Shown: piece after piece, positions 1 to 9,119 of the stretch
How the letters are laid out: the number at the start of each line of letters is the position of its first letter
How positions within the stretch are numbered: the first letter of the stretch is position 1
Assembly (NCBI GenBank): GCA_035311445.1
Contig: DATGCX010000027.1
Span: 9,218-73,217 of the forward strand
Source of the DNA: Xanthobacteraceae bacterium
GTDB taxonomy: Bacteria > Pseudomonadota > Alphaproteobacteria > Rhizobiales > Xanthobacteraceae
Length of the DNA: 64,000 bases
Reading direction: 5' to 3'
The notes under the pieces: model-generated
What the model saw: the letters and a program-made list of their open reading frames with translations, nothing else
What the model was told of the DNA's origin: nothing
Databases searched by the model: none
Program-made: the position numbers and the translations under genes

Positions 1-590
1 TCGGCCCCTGTGGCGACATCCCACAGCTTGGCGGTGTAGTCGTTGCTGCCAGACGCAAGAATCTTGCTGTCGTGGCTGAACGCCAGTGATCGGACCGCGC
101 CCTCGTGCCGCAGCGTGGCGCGCTCCTTTCTACTGGCCACGTCCCACAATTTGATCGTGTTATCGTGGCCCCCGGAGGCAACGGTCTTGCCGTCGGGTGC
201 GAAAGCAAGGGACCGGATCATATTGGTGTGGCCCCTGAACGTGACGAGCTCACGCCCGGAGGCCCAGTCCCAAAACTTCACTGTAGTGTCGTAACTGCCC
301 GTCGCCAGAATTTTGCCATCGGGTGAGAAGCGAACGGCCTCAACCGTTCCCTCGTGACCCCGCAGGGTGGTTATCTCGACCCCCGTCGTCGCATCCCAGA
401 TTTTCGCTTTCTTGTCATAGCTGCCCGTGGCGACATACCGGCCATCGGGCGAATAATCGATGGACGCGAGAGCCAACCCATGGCCCTTGAGTGTGGCGCG
501 GACCTGTGCGGCGGCTGGTCCGCCCGCGAGGGCCGCTATGGCAAATGCCAGGATCGCTGCCACAGCGCCGCGAAGGCACCGGATCGGCAT
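1..590 (-). CDS. secreted WD40-repeat protein (C-terminal part lies outside the window)
   Basis: Not in the ORF track because it runs off the window edge. Reverse-strand translation from ATG 590-588 gives MPIRCLRGAVAAILAFAIAALAGGPAAAQVRATLKGHGLALASIDYSPDGRYVATGSYDKKAKIWDATTGVEITTLRGHEGTVEAVRFSPDGKILATGS... This is a signal peptide followed by repeated GH..SPDG..ATGS.D...K(I/L)WD units. Confidence 0.8.
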   Translation of the reverse strand, partial: MPIRCLRGAVAAILAFAIAALAGGPAAAQVRATLKGHGLALASIDYSPDGRYVATGSYDKKAKIWDATTGVEITTLRGHEGTVEAVRFSPDGKILATGSYDTTVKFWDWASGRELVTFRGHTNMIRSLAFAPDGKTVASGGHDNTIKLWDVASRKERATLRHEGAVRSLAFSHDSKILASGSNDYTAKLWDVATGA

Positions 591-738
591 GGCTTTTTCC
601 TATAATTTTTCCGATGCCAGATATCATACCCCAGCTGGTGCACGCCTGCACGCAATAACCCGAACAATGACACAGAGTTCCACGCCTGCGCCTAGCAGGA
701 GCGGGCGCGAAATTCCGCCGGTTGTACGCATCGTTTTG

Positions 739-762
739 CTGCCACCTTAGCTGCCACCTTAG
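739..762. repeat. tandem duplication of a 12-mer (ctgccaccttag x2)
   Basis: Read directly: ctgccaccttag at 739-750 and again at 751-762, in the intergenic region between the WD40 gene start and the modC stop. Confidence 0.9.
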
Positions 763-861
763 AGGTGAATTTGGCTCCCTCGTGACTTGGTCGAAGCGCT
801 CATTCCGGCTTTTTTTGGATTTAGTCGATCGGCGTCGAATCCCGCGATGTCCCCGGCTTCT

Positions 862-1995
862 TCAAATTGGAATGGCCGTCGTATCAGCGCCGTTCGCCTG
901 GCGCGACGCGGCTCCGAGCGTCTGCCTGTCGAATCCGACGGTCTTGATCACGGCGTAAACTGGCGTCCCGGGAGCCAGCTTAAGGCTTTCCACCGAACGC
1001 TGGGTCAGACGCGCCAGGATTGCCTGCCCGCCGCAATCAAGGCGCAAATCCAAGATGGGCCCGCACCGCGGGCCGAGTTCCGTGACCACCCCGCGCAAGA
1101 CGTTGAGCGCGCTGAGCCCTTCGGGGGCGCGTGTGCTGAGCATCACGTCACTGGCGCGGATATGCACCCGGACTTTTGTGCCGGGAACGTGGCCGTTCAG
1201 TCGCGGCACCCAGAGCTGGCCCTCACAGAGGCTCAACGCGGTGAGGCCGAACCGCTCGTCGTGCTTGAGGATCTCTGCCTCGAGGACCGCCCCTGCTTCG
1301 ACCGGGTTGCTGAACGGGATCACATCCAAGCGAGCCATGACGTCAGCGGTCGGTCCAATTGCCACGACACGGCCCTCCGTCATCACGACGAGGGTGGTTG
1401 CTAGGCGTGCCACCTCGGGCACCGAGTGACTGACATAGATGATGGGCACCTTGGTCTCATCGTATAGCCGCTCCAGATAAGGGAGGATCTCGGCTTTGCG
1501 TGCCTCATCAAGCGAAGCAAGCGGCTCGTCCATGAGGAGCAGCCGCGGGGCGGCCAATAGGGCTCGTCCTATCGCGACCCGCTGCTTCTCGCCGCCGGAA
1601 AGGGAGCCCGGACGGCGATCGAGCAGATGACCAATTCCGAGCAGCGCGATGATCTGGGCAAACTGGCCGAAGCGCTGGGCCGCGGGCGTGAACCACCAGC
1701 CATACAGGAGGTTCTGGCGCACGGTCAGGTGCGGGAACAGGCGCCCTTCCTGGAAAACGTAGCCGACCCGGCGGCGATGCATTGGCACAAATACGTTGTG
1801 TTCTGTGTCGACGATGACCTCGCCGTCCAACGAGATGCGAGCGCGGTTGGGATGGATAAGGCCGCCAATGATGCTGACCAGCGACGTCTTGCCGGAACCG
1901 GATCGCCCAAACAGTGCCGTGACTCGGCCCTCACTCACAAATTGGGCCTTAAGATCGAACGAGCCGAGCCGATGCTGCACGTCGACTTCGATCAT
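862..1995 (-). CDS. modC: molybdate ABC transporter ATP-binding protein ModC
   Basis: Internal ATG of ORF 862..2286 (MIEVDVQHRLGSF...). Walker A GRSGSGKT, signature LSGGEKQRVAIGRAL, Walker B LLLMDEP, and a C-terminal TOBE-like domain. The ATG overlaps the modB stop (ATGA). Confidence 0.9.
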   Translation of the reverse strand: MIEVDVQHRLGSFDLKAQFVSEGRVTALFGRSGSGKTSLVSIIGGLIHPNRARISLDGEVIVDTEHNVFVPMHRRRVGYVFQEGRLFPHLTVRQNLLYGWWFTPAAQRFGQFAQIIALLGIGHLLDRRPGSLSGGEKQRVAIGRALLAAPRLLLMDEPLASLDEARKAEILPYLERLYDETKVPIIYVSHSVPEVARLATTLVVMTEGRVVAIGPTADVMARLDVIPFSNPVEAGAVLEAEILKHDERFGLTALSLCEGQLWVPRLNGHVPGTKVRVHIRASDVMLSTRAPEGLSALNVLRGVVTELGPRCGPILDLRLDCGGQAILARLTQRSVESLKLAPGTPVYAVIKTVGFDRQTLGAASRQANGADTTAIPI

Positions 1996-2690
1996 CCCTC
2001 CACCCCGATACGCCGCCCAACAACGTAGCCGATTGCTTCGGAGGCCAGAAGAGCGGACATCGATACCGCGATCGCAATCACCGTAAGCCGGATGGCGGCG
2101 AGGTCGCCGCCCGGAACCTGCGTGAACGTGTAGATGGCCGAAGGAAGCGTCTGAGTTTCGCCGGGGATATTCGATACGAAGGTGATTGTCGCGCCGAACT
2201 CTCCCATGGCTCGCGCAAATGAAAGGATCGTGCCGGCAATTATGCCCGGCAGGATCAGCGGCAGCGTCACCGTCACGAAAACCCATGCGGAGTTGGCACC
2301 GAGTGTCCCCGCCGCGTCCTCAAGCCCGCGGTCGATCGAGTCAATGGATAATTTGATCGCGCGGACCAAAAGTGGAAACCCCATCACGGCGCAGGCAAGT
2401 GCTGCGCCGGTCCACCGGAAAGCAAACACTATTCCGAGATTGTCCGCGAGGAAGGCGCCGAGCAGTCCGCGCCTGCCGAACAACACGAGCAGCAGATAGC
2501 CCGTGACGACCGGCGGAAGGACCAGTGGCAGAAACACAATTCCGTTTAGAATCGACTTGCCCCAAAATTTCCCACGCGACAAGAGCATCGCGACGAAAAG
2601 CCCTGGCGGCAGGCTCGTCAGGGTGGCCCACACCGAAACCCGCAGGCTCAGTTCGACCGCGGCCTGTTCCTCGGGGGTCAGGGTGAGCAC
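1992..2690 (-). CDS. modB: molybdate ABC transporter permease ModB
   Basis: 232-aa polytopic protein with an MetI-type permease core (ARAMGEFGATITFVSNIPGETQTLPSAIY). It lies between modA and modC. Confidence 0.9.
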   Translation of the reverse strand: MLTLTPEEQAAVELSLRVSVWATLTSLPPGLFVAMLLSRGKFWGKSILNGIVFLPLVLPPVVTGYLLLVLFGRRGLLGAFLADNLGIVFAFRWTGAALACAVMGFPLLVRAIKLSIDSIDRGLEDAAGTLGANSAWVFVTVTLPLILPGIIAGTILSFARAMGEFGATITFVSNIPGETQTLPSAIYTFTQVPGGDLAAIRLTVIAIAVSMSALLASEAIGYVVGRRIGVEG

Positions 2691-2701
2691 GGGGCTTTTC
2701 C

Positions 2702-3592
2702 TCAGTTCAGTGTCGTGAAGCCTTCCTTCTTGAAAACAGCGCGCGCCTGCGGCGACTTGAGCATCTCGACGAAGGCATACGCGTCCGGTTTCGTCGAAAC
2801 GGCGGTAACGGCAATCGGATACGTGATGGGTGGATGCGTGTGCTCGGGGAACACTCCGACACGCACGACGCCTGCGTCCGAGACTGCATCGGATTCGTAG
2901 ACGATCCCGAGCGGCGCCTCGCCGCGGGAGACCAGAAGAAGCGCGGCACGAACGTTCTCGGCTTGGGCGATACGGCCCTTGACCGATTCCCAGATGCCAA
3001 GCGCCTCAAGTGCGGCTCGACCGTATTTGCCCGCCGGCACTGCGTCAGTGTTGGCCATAGCGAGGCGCCCATTGGCAAGAAGTGAAGCTAGGGGGAACCC
3101 CGTCACGATGTCAACCTGGAGGTTCGCCCCTTTTGGCGAAATGAGCACGAGGCGGTTGCCGACCAGATCCGAACGCGTCTCTGGCCTAACCAGCTTGCGT
3201 TGAGCGAGGAAGTCCATCCAATCCTCATCGGCAGAGATGAACACGTCGGCCGGTGCTCCCTGCTCGATCTGCTTGGCGAGCGCGGAGCTGGCGGCGTACG
3301 AAATTGTGGCTCGTTTGCCCGTGCGCTCATGCCACTGCGTGTTGATCTCATCGACAGCGGTCTTGAGGCTCGCTGCTGCGAACACCAGCAAGTTCGGACG
3401 CTGCGCCTGAGCGGGTCCAGGGCGGCTGGCACAGATCAGGATGAGCAGTGTCACGCAGAATAAGAGCGTTTTTCCGATCCAGGTGCGAAAGCTTTTGGGC
3501 GCAGGGTCAATTTCCTTGCTCCCATGGTCAGGCGCTCGGTCCGGGGGCCCCTCCGGCCGGATGATCTCGTTTTGCAACAGCATGGATGGCAA
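2702..3592 (-). CDS. modA: periplasmic molybdate-binding protein ModA
   Basis: Signal-like segment LLFCVTLLILICASRPGPAQA followed by LLVFAAASLK...VFISADEDWMD...VPAGKYG, typical of ModA. The exact start is uncertain (ATG 3592 or 3583, or TTG 3577). Confidence 0.85.
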   Translation of the reverse strand: MPSMLLQNEIIRPEGPPDRAPDHGSKEIDPAPKSFRTWIGKTLLFCVTLLILICASRPGPAQAQRPNLLVFAAASLKTAVDEINTQWHERTGKRATISYAASSALAKQIEQGAPADVFISADEDWMDFLAQRKLVRPETRSDLVGNRLVLISPKGANLQVDIVTGFPLASLLANGRLAMANTDAVPAGKYGRAALEALGIWESVKGRIAQAENVRAALLLVSRGEAPLGIVYESDAVSDAGVVRVGVFPEHTHPPITYPIAVTAVSTKPDAYAFVEMLKSPQARAVFKKEGFTTLN

Positions 3593-3593
3593 A

Positions 3594-3627
3594 CTTTCGC
3601 GAAAGCTAAACGTTACTCATGCATGAG
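3594..3627. repeat. two perfect 12-bp palindromes in the modA / 3685 divergent intergenic region
   Basis: ctttcgcgaaag (3594-3605) and ctcatgcatgag (3616-3627), with aacgtt between them. Function not established. Confidence 0.8.
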
Positions 3628-3684
3628 GGTTCCAACCCCCATATGTGGTGGCTCGGCAATGGTAACATTTAGAAGAACTCAGGG

Positions 3685-4587
3685 ATGATCGCTCATAATG
3701 GACCGCCCGCCGGCATCCAGTATCGTGTGATCGGCACAGACGGTGTCGAGCGGGACATGGCGGGCCTGCCCGACTGGATCGCGGCCATTCGGTCCGACGC
3801 AGTGGAAGGTGGGTGTCTATTCCTAGACGGTGAGACGGCGCGCTGGCGGCCAGTGTCGCACCTGGACGTTTTCAATAAGGCTATACAAGCAGTCGACATC
3901 GAAGCGAGAGGCGGGAAATTCCGACACGAAGCGGTGGACTTAGAGAGTTGCCCATCGGCGCTCCAGGATCCGGTCTCCGATTCAGAAAGCTTCACGAAGC
4001 AGGCGCGGAACTCCATGCTGCTCTGGGGGGTGTCGGCTGCGGTCGTGCTCGTTGCGCTGGCGGCCTGGTCTGCAGGCCCCGGTTTGCAGGCTACCGTCGA
4101 AGCGTTTATCCGCCAGATTCCGAAGCCGGCTCTGATCGCGGGAGCGGCCGTGCTCTTCGTCCTTCTGGCGGAAGAGTTTTACTGGTTTGCCGTGATTCTG
4201 GTCGGAGTGAGGAGCACAGGCGCTACGCGTCGCTTTGCGCTGCAGGTTCTATCGTTACTGACCACCGGCCTGCTGCTCTATGTCGCGTTCGCATTCTTGT
4301 CGGCCGAGGGCTTTCAGCGCAGTTTTCTACGTTTCTTTGCCAGCAACGTCGCAATTGTTGGCGTTGTCTACGCGGTCTCACTGTTCCTCTGGTCAATCCC
4401 TCTGTTCCGGGGGACGGATGCGACGCCTGCCAGGAAGGCGCTTGCCAGCACCGTCGCCTCCGCAATGGTGGCCGGCACGCTTTACATGGCGGTAGTGCCA
4501 TCTGTTCGAAACGAAGCGGCCCCAACACCAACTCGGACGGCGCCGCGGCCGTCGGGCGCGACGATGCCATCGCCACTACCGGGCTGA
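3685..4587 (+). CDS. hypothetical multi-pass membrane protein with a GYF_2-like (DUF4339-like) N-terminal domain
   Basis: 300-aa ORF. The N-terminal ~65 aa (IQYRVIGTDGVERDMAGLPDWIAAIRSDAVEGGCLFLDGETARWRPVSHLDVF) resemble the bacterial GYF_2 pattern. About 6 hydrophobic helices follow, then a Pro/Thr-rich tail. Confidence 0.55.
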   Translation: MIAHNGPPAGIQYRVIGTDGVERDMAGLPDWIAAIRSDAVEGGCLFLDGETARWRPVSHLDVFNKAIQAVDIEARGGKFRHEAVDLESCPSALQDPVSDSESFTKQARNSMLLWGVSAAVVLVALAAWSAGPGLQATVEAFIRQIPKPALIAGAAVLFVLLAEEFYWFAVILVGVRSTGATRRFALQVLSLLTTGLLLYVAFAFLSAEGFQRSFLRFFASNVAIVGVVYAVSLFLWSIPLFRGTDATPARKALASTVASAMVAGTLYMAVVPSVRNEAAPTPTRTAPRPSGATMPSPLPG

Positions 4588-4691
4588 TAGAGCGCCCCCG
4601 GCCCGCTGGGACAGATGCCGTCGGTCGGACTTGCTCTTGCTGAAATTTCAGGGCGGAATCATATGATGAAGCGCAAGTAGTCGGTGAACCC

Positions 4692-5990
4692 ATGCTGACC
4701 GCGATCCGTATCGGGGGCGTTCTCTTGGTAATGGCCGCCGCGGCTTGGTGGTACACTCATGATCAGGCCGCGGAGAACCGTTTGCGCGCCGATACCGACA
4801 TAGCGAGCGCCTTTCGTGGTGGGGGCGGAGGCGGCGGTGGTGGCGGCGGTGGCGGAGGCGGCGGTGGTCGCGGCAGAAACCGCGCCGGCGGCGGGCCGGT
4901 TGTGGTGACTACGGCTCCGGTGGCCCGTGAGGATGTGCCGGTTAATGTCGCTGGCATCGGGACAGTCGAGGCTTTCAACACCGTCACCGTGAGGGCGAGG
5001 GTTGACGGTCTGCTCGAGAAGGTCGCCTTCACGGAAGGCCAGGAGGTCGAGGCCGGTGATCTACTGGCGCAGATCGACCCGCGACCCTACGAGGCAAAGC
5101 TCAGCCAAGTCCAAGGCATGAAGAAGCGCGATGAGGCACAACTCGCCAACACGAAACTCAACCTGGACAGAGCCGTGAAGCTTGGCTCGTATGCAACCCA
5201 GCAAACCGTGGACAACGAGCGTGCGCAGGTCAGCCAGCTCGAAGCAGCGCTGCAGACGGACCAGGCCAACATTGACGCAGCCGCTTTGGAACTCGAATAC
5301 ACCAGTGTCCGGGCGCCAATTTCCGGGCGCACCGGGGTGCGGCTCATTGATGCAGGCAACTTTGTTCGCTCGCGCGAATCGAGCGGCATAGTCGTGATCA
5401 CGCAGTTGGAACCGATTTCCGTCTCGTTTTCGCTACCGCAGCAATATCTTGGAACTGTGAATCAAGCGCTTGCCAAAGGGAAAGTCCTCGTGATGGCGCT
5501 CGATGCGGATGGAAAGACACTGTTGGCGGAGGGCGTCCTTACAGTTCTCGACAACCGCATCGATCCGCAGACTGGCACGATCAGACTTAAAGCCACGTTC
5601 GACAATGCCGATCGCAAGCTGTGGCCGGGGCAGTTCGTCAACGTTCGCGTCCGGCTTGACACCGTCAAGGATGGCACGGTCGTACCGAGTGCGGCCGTCC
5701 AGCGCAATTCCGACGGCAATTTTGCCTATGTGGTCGCTTCAGATAATCGGGTCGAGATGCGGCCAATCCGGATCGGCCAGATCGATGGCGGCTTGGCACT
5801 CGTCGAATCCGGCCTCGAACCCGGTCAGAAAGTCGTCGTCACCAGCCAGGAGCAACTCCGGCCGGGTGCGAGTGTGATTCCGACTGACGCCACAGCCAAT
5901 GCTGCAGAAGGCGCCTCCAGCCCCCAGATCACATCCCCAAGGCGCCCACCAGAGGCGGCGCCGAACCGGCAGCGCCGACCGCCGCCATGA
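4692..5990 (+). CDS. mdtA: RND efflux membrane-fusion (periplasmic adaptor) protein, MdtA-like
   Basis: N-terminal anchor helix, then adaptor motifs (VRARVDGLL..V.F.EGQEV.AGDLLAQIDPRPYEA; YTSVRAPISGRTG). The stop overlaps the start of the next RND gene (5987-5990). Confidence 0.85.
   Translation: MLTAIRIGGVLLVMAAAAWWYTHDQAAENRLRADTDIASAFRGGGGGGGGGGGGGGGGGRGRNRAGGGPVVVTTAPVAREDVPVNVAGIGTVEAFNTVTVRARVDGLLEKVAFTEGQEVEAGDLLAQIDPRPYEAKLSQVQGMKKRDEAQLANTKLNLDRAVKLGSYATQQTVDNERAQVSQLEAALQTDQANIDAAALELEYTSVRAPISGRTGVRLIDAGNFVRSRESSGIVVITQLEPISVSFSLPQQYLGTVNQALAKGKVLVMALDADGKTLLAEGVLTVLDNRIDPQTGTIRLKATFDNADRKLWPGQFVNVRVRLDTVKDGTVVPSAAVQRNSDGNFAYVVASDNRVEMRPIRIGQIDGGLALVESGLEPGQKVVVTSQEQLRPGASVIPTDATANAAEGASSPQITSPRRPPEAAPNRQRRPPP
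4818..4868 (+). repeat. (GGN)17 tract encoding a 17-residue poly-glycine run inside mdtA
   Basis: ggt ggg ggc gga ggc ggc ggt ggt ggc ggc ggt ggc gga ggc ggc ggt ggt, counted from the sequence. It lies between the membrane anchor and the lipoyl/barrel domains. Confidence 0.95.
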
Positions 5991-8900
5991 GCGTATCTGC
6001 GCCCTTCATCGCCCGTCCAGTTGCCACGTCGTTGTTAAGCCTCGCGGTGCTTATTGCCGGGGGGCTTGGATTTCGCTTGCTTCCGGTCTCCTCGCTGCCC
6101 GAGATCGACTTCCCAAGCGTCCAGGTCTCGACACAGCTTCCTGGTGCAGGCCCGGATACGATGGCCTCGCTGGTCACGACGCCTCTGGAGCAGCAGTTAG
6201 GACAGATCGCAGGCCTTTCGCTGATGACCTCGACGAGTTCTTTCGGGATCAGCGTGATCACGATGCAATTCGTCCTCGATCGGGATATCGACGCCATCGG
6301 ACAGGATGTGCAGGCGGCGATAAATGCCGCCGGGGCATCGCTACCGAGCGGACTTCCTTACCCGCCTGTGTACAAGAAGGTGAACCCGGCGGACCAGCCG
6401 ATTCTGATCCTGGCCCTCACGTCCGATACACAGCCGATCACGAAAGTCCAAGACATCGCCGATACGGTGCTGGCCCAGAAACTGAGCGAAGTGACCGGCG
6501 TCGGGGCGGTGATGATCCAGGGCGGGCAGAAACCCGCGGTGCGAATCCAGGTCAATCCGGTCCAACTCGCCGCGTATGACCTAAGCCTGGAACAGGTCCG
6601 CAGCGTCCTGAGTCGCACCAACGTCGACCAGCCGAAGGGCAGCTTCGATGGGCCCCACCAGGCATTCATGATCGGGGCCAATGACCAGATCCTGGCGCCC
6701 GAAGCCTATGCGGACGTGATCCTCGCGTACCGCAACGGCGCCCCCGTCCGTGTGCGCGATGTTGGTACGGCAATCCACGGAGCCGAGAACGCGAAAGTCG
6801 GCGCCTGGTTCAACGGGCGACCGGCCGTTATCCTCGACATCCAGCGCCAGCCTGGGAACAACATCATTCAGACGGTCAACCGGGTTCGGGAGCTTCTACC
6901 ACGACTGCGGGCGGCCCTGCCGCCGGAGATCCGGTTGACGGTCCTGAGCGATCGCACTGAGACGATCCGGGCAAGCATCGCCGATGTCGAATTCACGCTC
7001 ATGCTCACTGTCGCGCTTGTGGTGCTTGTGATCTTCCTGTTCCTTCGCCGCTTCTGGGTAACGGTTATCCCGAGCGTTGCGATACCGCTGTCGATCATCG
7101 GCACGTTTGGCATCATGTATCTGGCTGGGTTCGGCCTCGACAACCTCTCCCTCATGGCGCTCACCGTCGCGGCCGGTTTCCTCGTCGATGACGCCATCGT
7201 CATGATTGAGAATATCGTGCGCCGTATCGAGGCTGGAGAGGCGCCGCTGGAGGCCGCCTACAAAGGTGCACAGCAGATCGGATTTACCATCGTCTCCCTG
7301 ACGGTGTCGATCATTGCGGTGTTCATCCCGCTGCTGTTCATGCCCGGCATCGTCGGCCGATTGTTCCGGGAGTTCTCGCTGACGTTGTCGGTCACCATCG
7401 TCGTGTCAGCCATCGTATCGCTGACGCTTACCCCGATGATGTGCGGGCGCCTTTTGCGCAGGGAGCGGGACCTGCGCCGCAATGACTTCCTGCGTGTCTC
7501 CGAGCAGGTGTTCACAACGAGTCTCGCGCTCTATGAGCGGAGCCTCGCATGGGTGATGCAGCGGGGGGTGGCGACGCTCGCGGTCGTATTGGCGACGCTA
7601 GTCGCTACCATCATCCTTTACGTGGTGGTACCTAAGGGTTTCCTGCCCGTCCAGGACACCGGTGTGATCGTTGCGACGACCGATGCGGAGCCTGGCATTT
7701 CGTTTCACAAGATGGTGCAGCTACAGGCCAGAGCCGCCGAGATTGCCCGCCGCGATCCAGAAGTTGCCGGGATCGATTCGTTCGTGGGCGTCGGACTCGT
7801 GAATTCGACACCGAACACCGGGCGCATGACCATCGTGCTCAAACGCCGCGACCGGAGGACCGGCACGGCCGCCGAAATCGCGCGCAGGCTCCGCACCGCG
7901 ATGGCGGAGGTGCAGGGTCTCTCGATCTACTTCCAGCCAGCGCCCGAGATTCAGATCGGCACGCGCAGCAGTCGGACCCAGTACCAATACATTCTTGTTG
8001 ACGCCAACCCGACGGAGTTGGCCGAATGGGCATCACGGCTGCTCGAAAGACTGCGCTCGACGCCATCGATCCAGAACATCGCGAGCGACCAACAAACGGG
8101 CGGCCTTGCTGCCGACGTGGTCATTGACCGTGATAAGGCCGGCCGCCTCGGGGTGCTTCCTCAGACAATCGACGATACGCTTTACGACGCCTTTGGGCAG
8201 CGCCAAGTCTCAACCATCTACACGCAGCAGAACCAATACCACGTCATTCTGGAGGTGACGCCGGAGTTCCAGCTCGACCCAGCCGATCTGGCCCGCCTTT
8301 ACGTGCCGTCGAGCCAAGGCGTGCAGGTCCCGCTCGAAAGCTTCGCCGCGGTGAAACTCGGGAACGCTCCGCTTGCTATCACGCATCAAGGCCTTTTTTC
8401 GTCGGTCACACTCTCCTTCGATCCGGCACCAGGCGTCTCACTCGGGCGGGCGGTGCAGGCCGTGCGTGGAGCCGAGGAGGCCATTGGTATGCCCGATTCC
8501 GTCATAGGTTCGTTCGCCGGCGAGGCTGCCGAGTTCCAGGCCTCACTGGTAAACGAGGTCTGGCTGATCCTCGCCGCGGTGGTCGCCGTCTACATCGTGC
8601 TCGGAGTGCTCTACGAGAGCACCATCCACCCGATTACGATCCTGTCGACCTTACCTTCAGCGGGAATCGGCGCCTTGATCGCGCTCATGATCACCGGCAA
8701 CGACCTATCGCTAATCGCGGTGATCGCTATCATACTCCTCATAGGGATCGTTAAGAAGAACGCGATCATCATGATCGATTTCGCGCTTGACGCTGAGCGT
8801 ACGCAAGGGTTGCGGCCGGAGCAAGCGATCTTCGATGCCTCACTGAAGCGCTTTCGCCCAATCATGATGACCACGATGGCGGCTCTCCTTGGGTCCGTTC

Positions 8901-9085
8901 CGCTCGCGCTCGGCACCGGTCCGGGATCGGAGCTGCGCCGCCCGCTTGGTATAGCCCTCATCGGCGGCCTGCTGCTCAGCCAATTCCTGACGCTCTACAC
9001 GACGCCGGTAATTTATGTCGCGCTCGACCGCGTCCAGGCGCTGCTTCGTGATCGCATGCGGATGGCGCTGGAGGCTGCAGAATGA
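5987..9085 (+). CDS. mdtB: RND multidrug efflux permease, MdtB-like
   Basis: 1032 aa. The N-terminus FIARPVATSLLSLAVLIAGGLGFRLLPVSSLPEIDFPSVQVSTQLPGAGPDTMAS matches the HAE1 RND consensus, and the topology is 12-TM. Confidence 0.9.
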   Translation: MSVSAPFIARPVATSLLSLAVLIAGGLGFRLLPVSSLPEIDFPSVQVSTQLPGAGPDTMASLVTTPLEQQLGQIAGLSLMTSTSSFGISVITMQFVLDRDIDAIGQDVQAAINAAGASLPSGLPYPPVYKKVNPADQPILILALTSDTQPITKVQDIADTVLAQKLSEVTGVGAVMIQGGQKPAVRIQVNPVQLAAYDLSLEQVRSVLSRTNVDQPKGSFDGPHQAFMIGANDQILAPEAYADVILAYRNGAPVRVRDVGTAIHGAENAKVGAWFNGRPAVILDIQRQPGNNIIQTVNRVRELLPRLRAALPPEIRLTVLSDRTETIRASIADVEFTLMLTVALVVLVIFLFLRRFWVTVIPSVAIPLSIIGTFGIMYLAGFGLDNLSLMALTVAAGFLVDDAIVMIENIVRRIEAGEAPLEAAYKGAQQIGFTIVSLTVSIIAVFIPLLFMPGIVGRLFREFSLTLSVTIVVSAIVSLTLTPMMCGRLLRRERDLRRNDFLRVSEQVFTTSLALYERSLAWVMQRGVATLAVVLATLVATIILYVVVPKGFLPVQDTGVIVATTDAEPGISFHKMVQLQARAAEIARRDPEVAGIDSFVGVGLVNSTPNTGRMTIVLKRRDRRTGTAAEIARRLRTAMAEVQGLSIYFQPAPEIQIGTRSSRTQYQYILVDANPTELAEWASRLLERLRSTPSIQNIASDQQTGGLAADVVIDRDKAGRLGVLPQTIDDTLYDAFGQRQVSTIYTQQNQYHVILEVTPEFQLDPADLARLYVPSSQGVQVPLESFAAVKLGNAPLAITHQGLFSSVTLSFDPAPGVSLGRAVQAVRGAEEAIGMPDSVIGSFAGEAAEFQASLVNEVWLILAAVVAVYIVLGVLYESTIHPITILSTLPSAGIGALIALMITGNDLSLIAVIAIILLIGIVKKNAIIMIDFALDAERTQGLRPEQAIFDASLKRFRPIMMTTMAALLGSVPLALGTGPGSELRRPLGIALIGGLLLSQFLTLYTTPVIYVALDRVQALLRDRMRMALEAAE

Positions 9086-9119
9086 GCTAGCTGCGGGCCC
9101 AACTTGGTCGGAGTTCATC

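Noticed and set aside
1996-2286. Upstream extension of the modC ORF, and the similar extension of the ABC ATPase ORF to 18091
   Set aside because: The extensions overlap the upstream permease genes and are Arg/His-rich. Internal ATGs give canonical N-termini and ATGA-type coupling.
4818-4868. GGN tract, and the many G/C-rich hairpin repeats, considered as a possible CRISPR-like or tandem array
   Set aside because: There is no regular repeat-spacer periodicity. The poly-Gly tract is coding, and the palindromic elements are dispersed single units.
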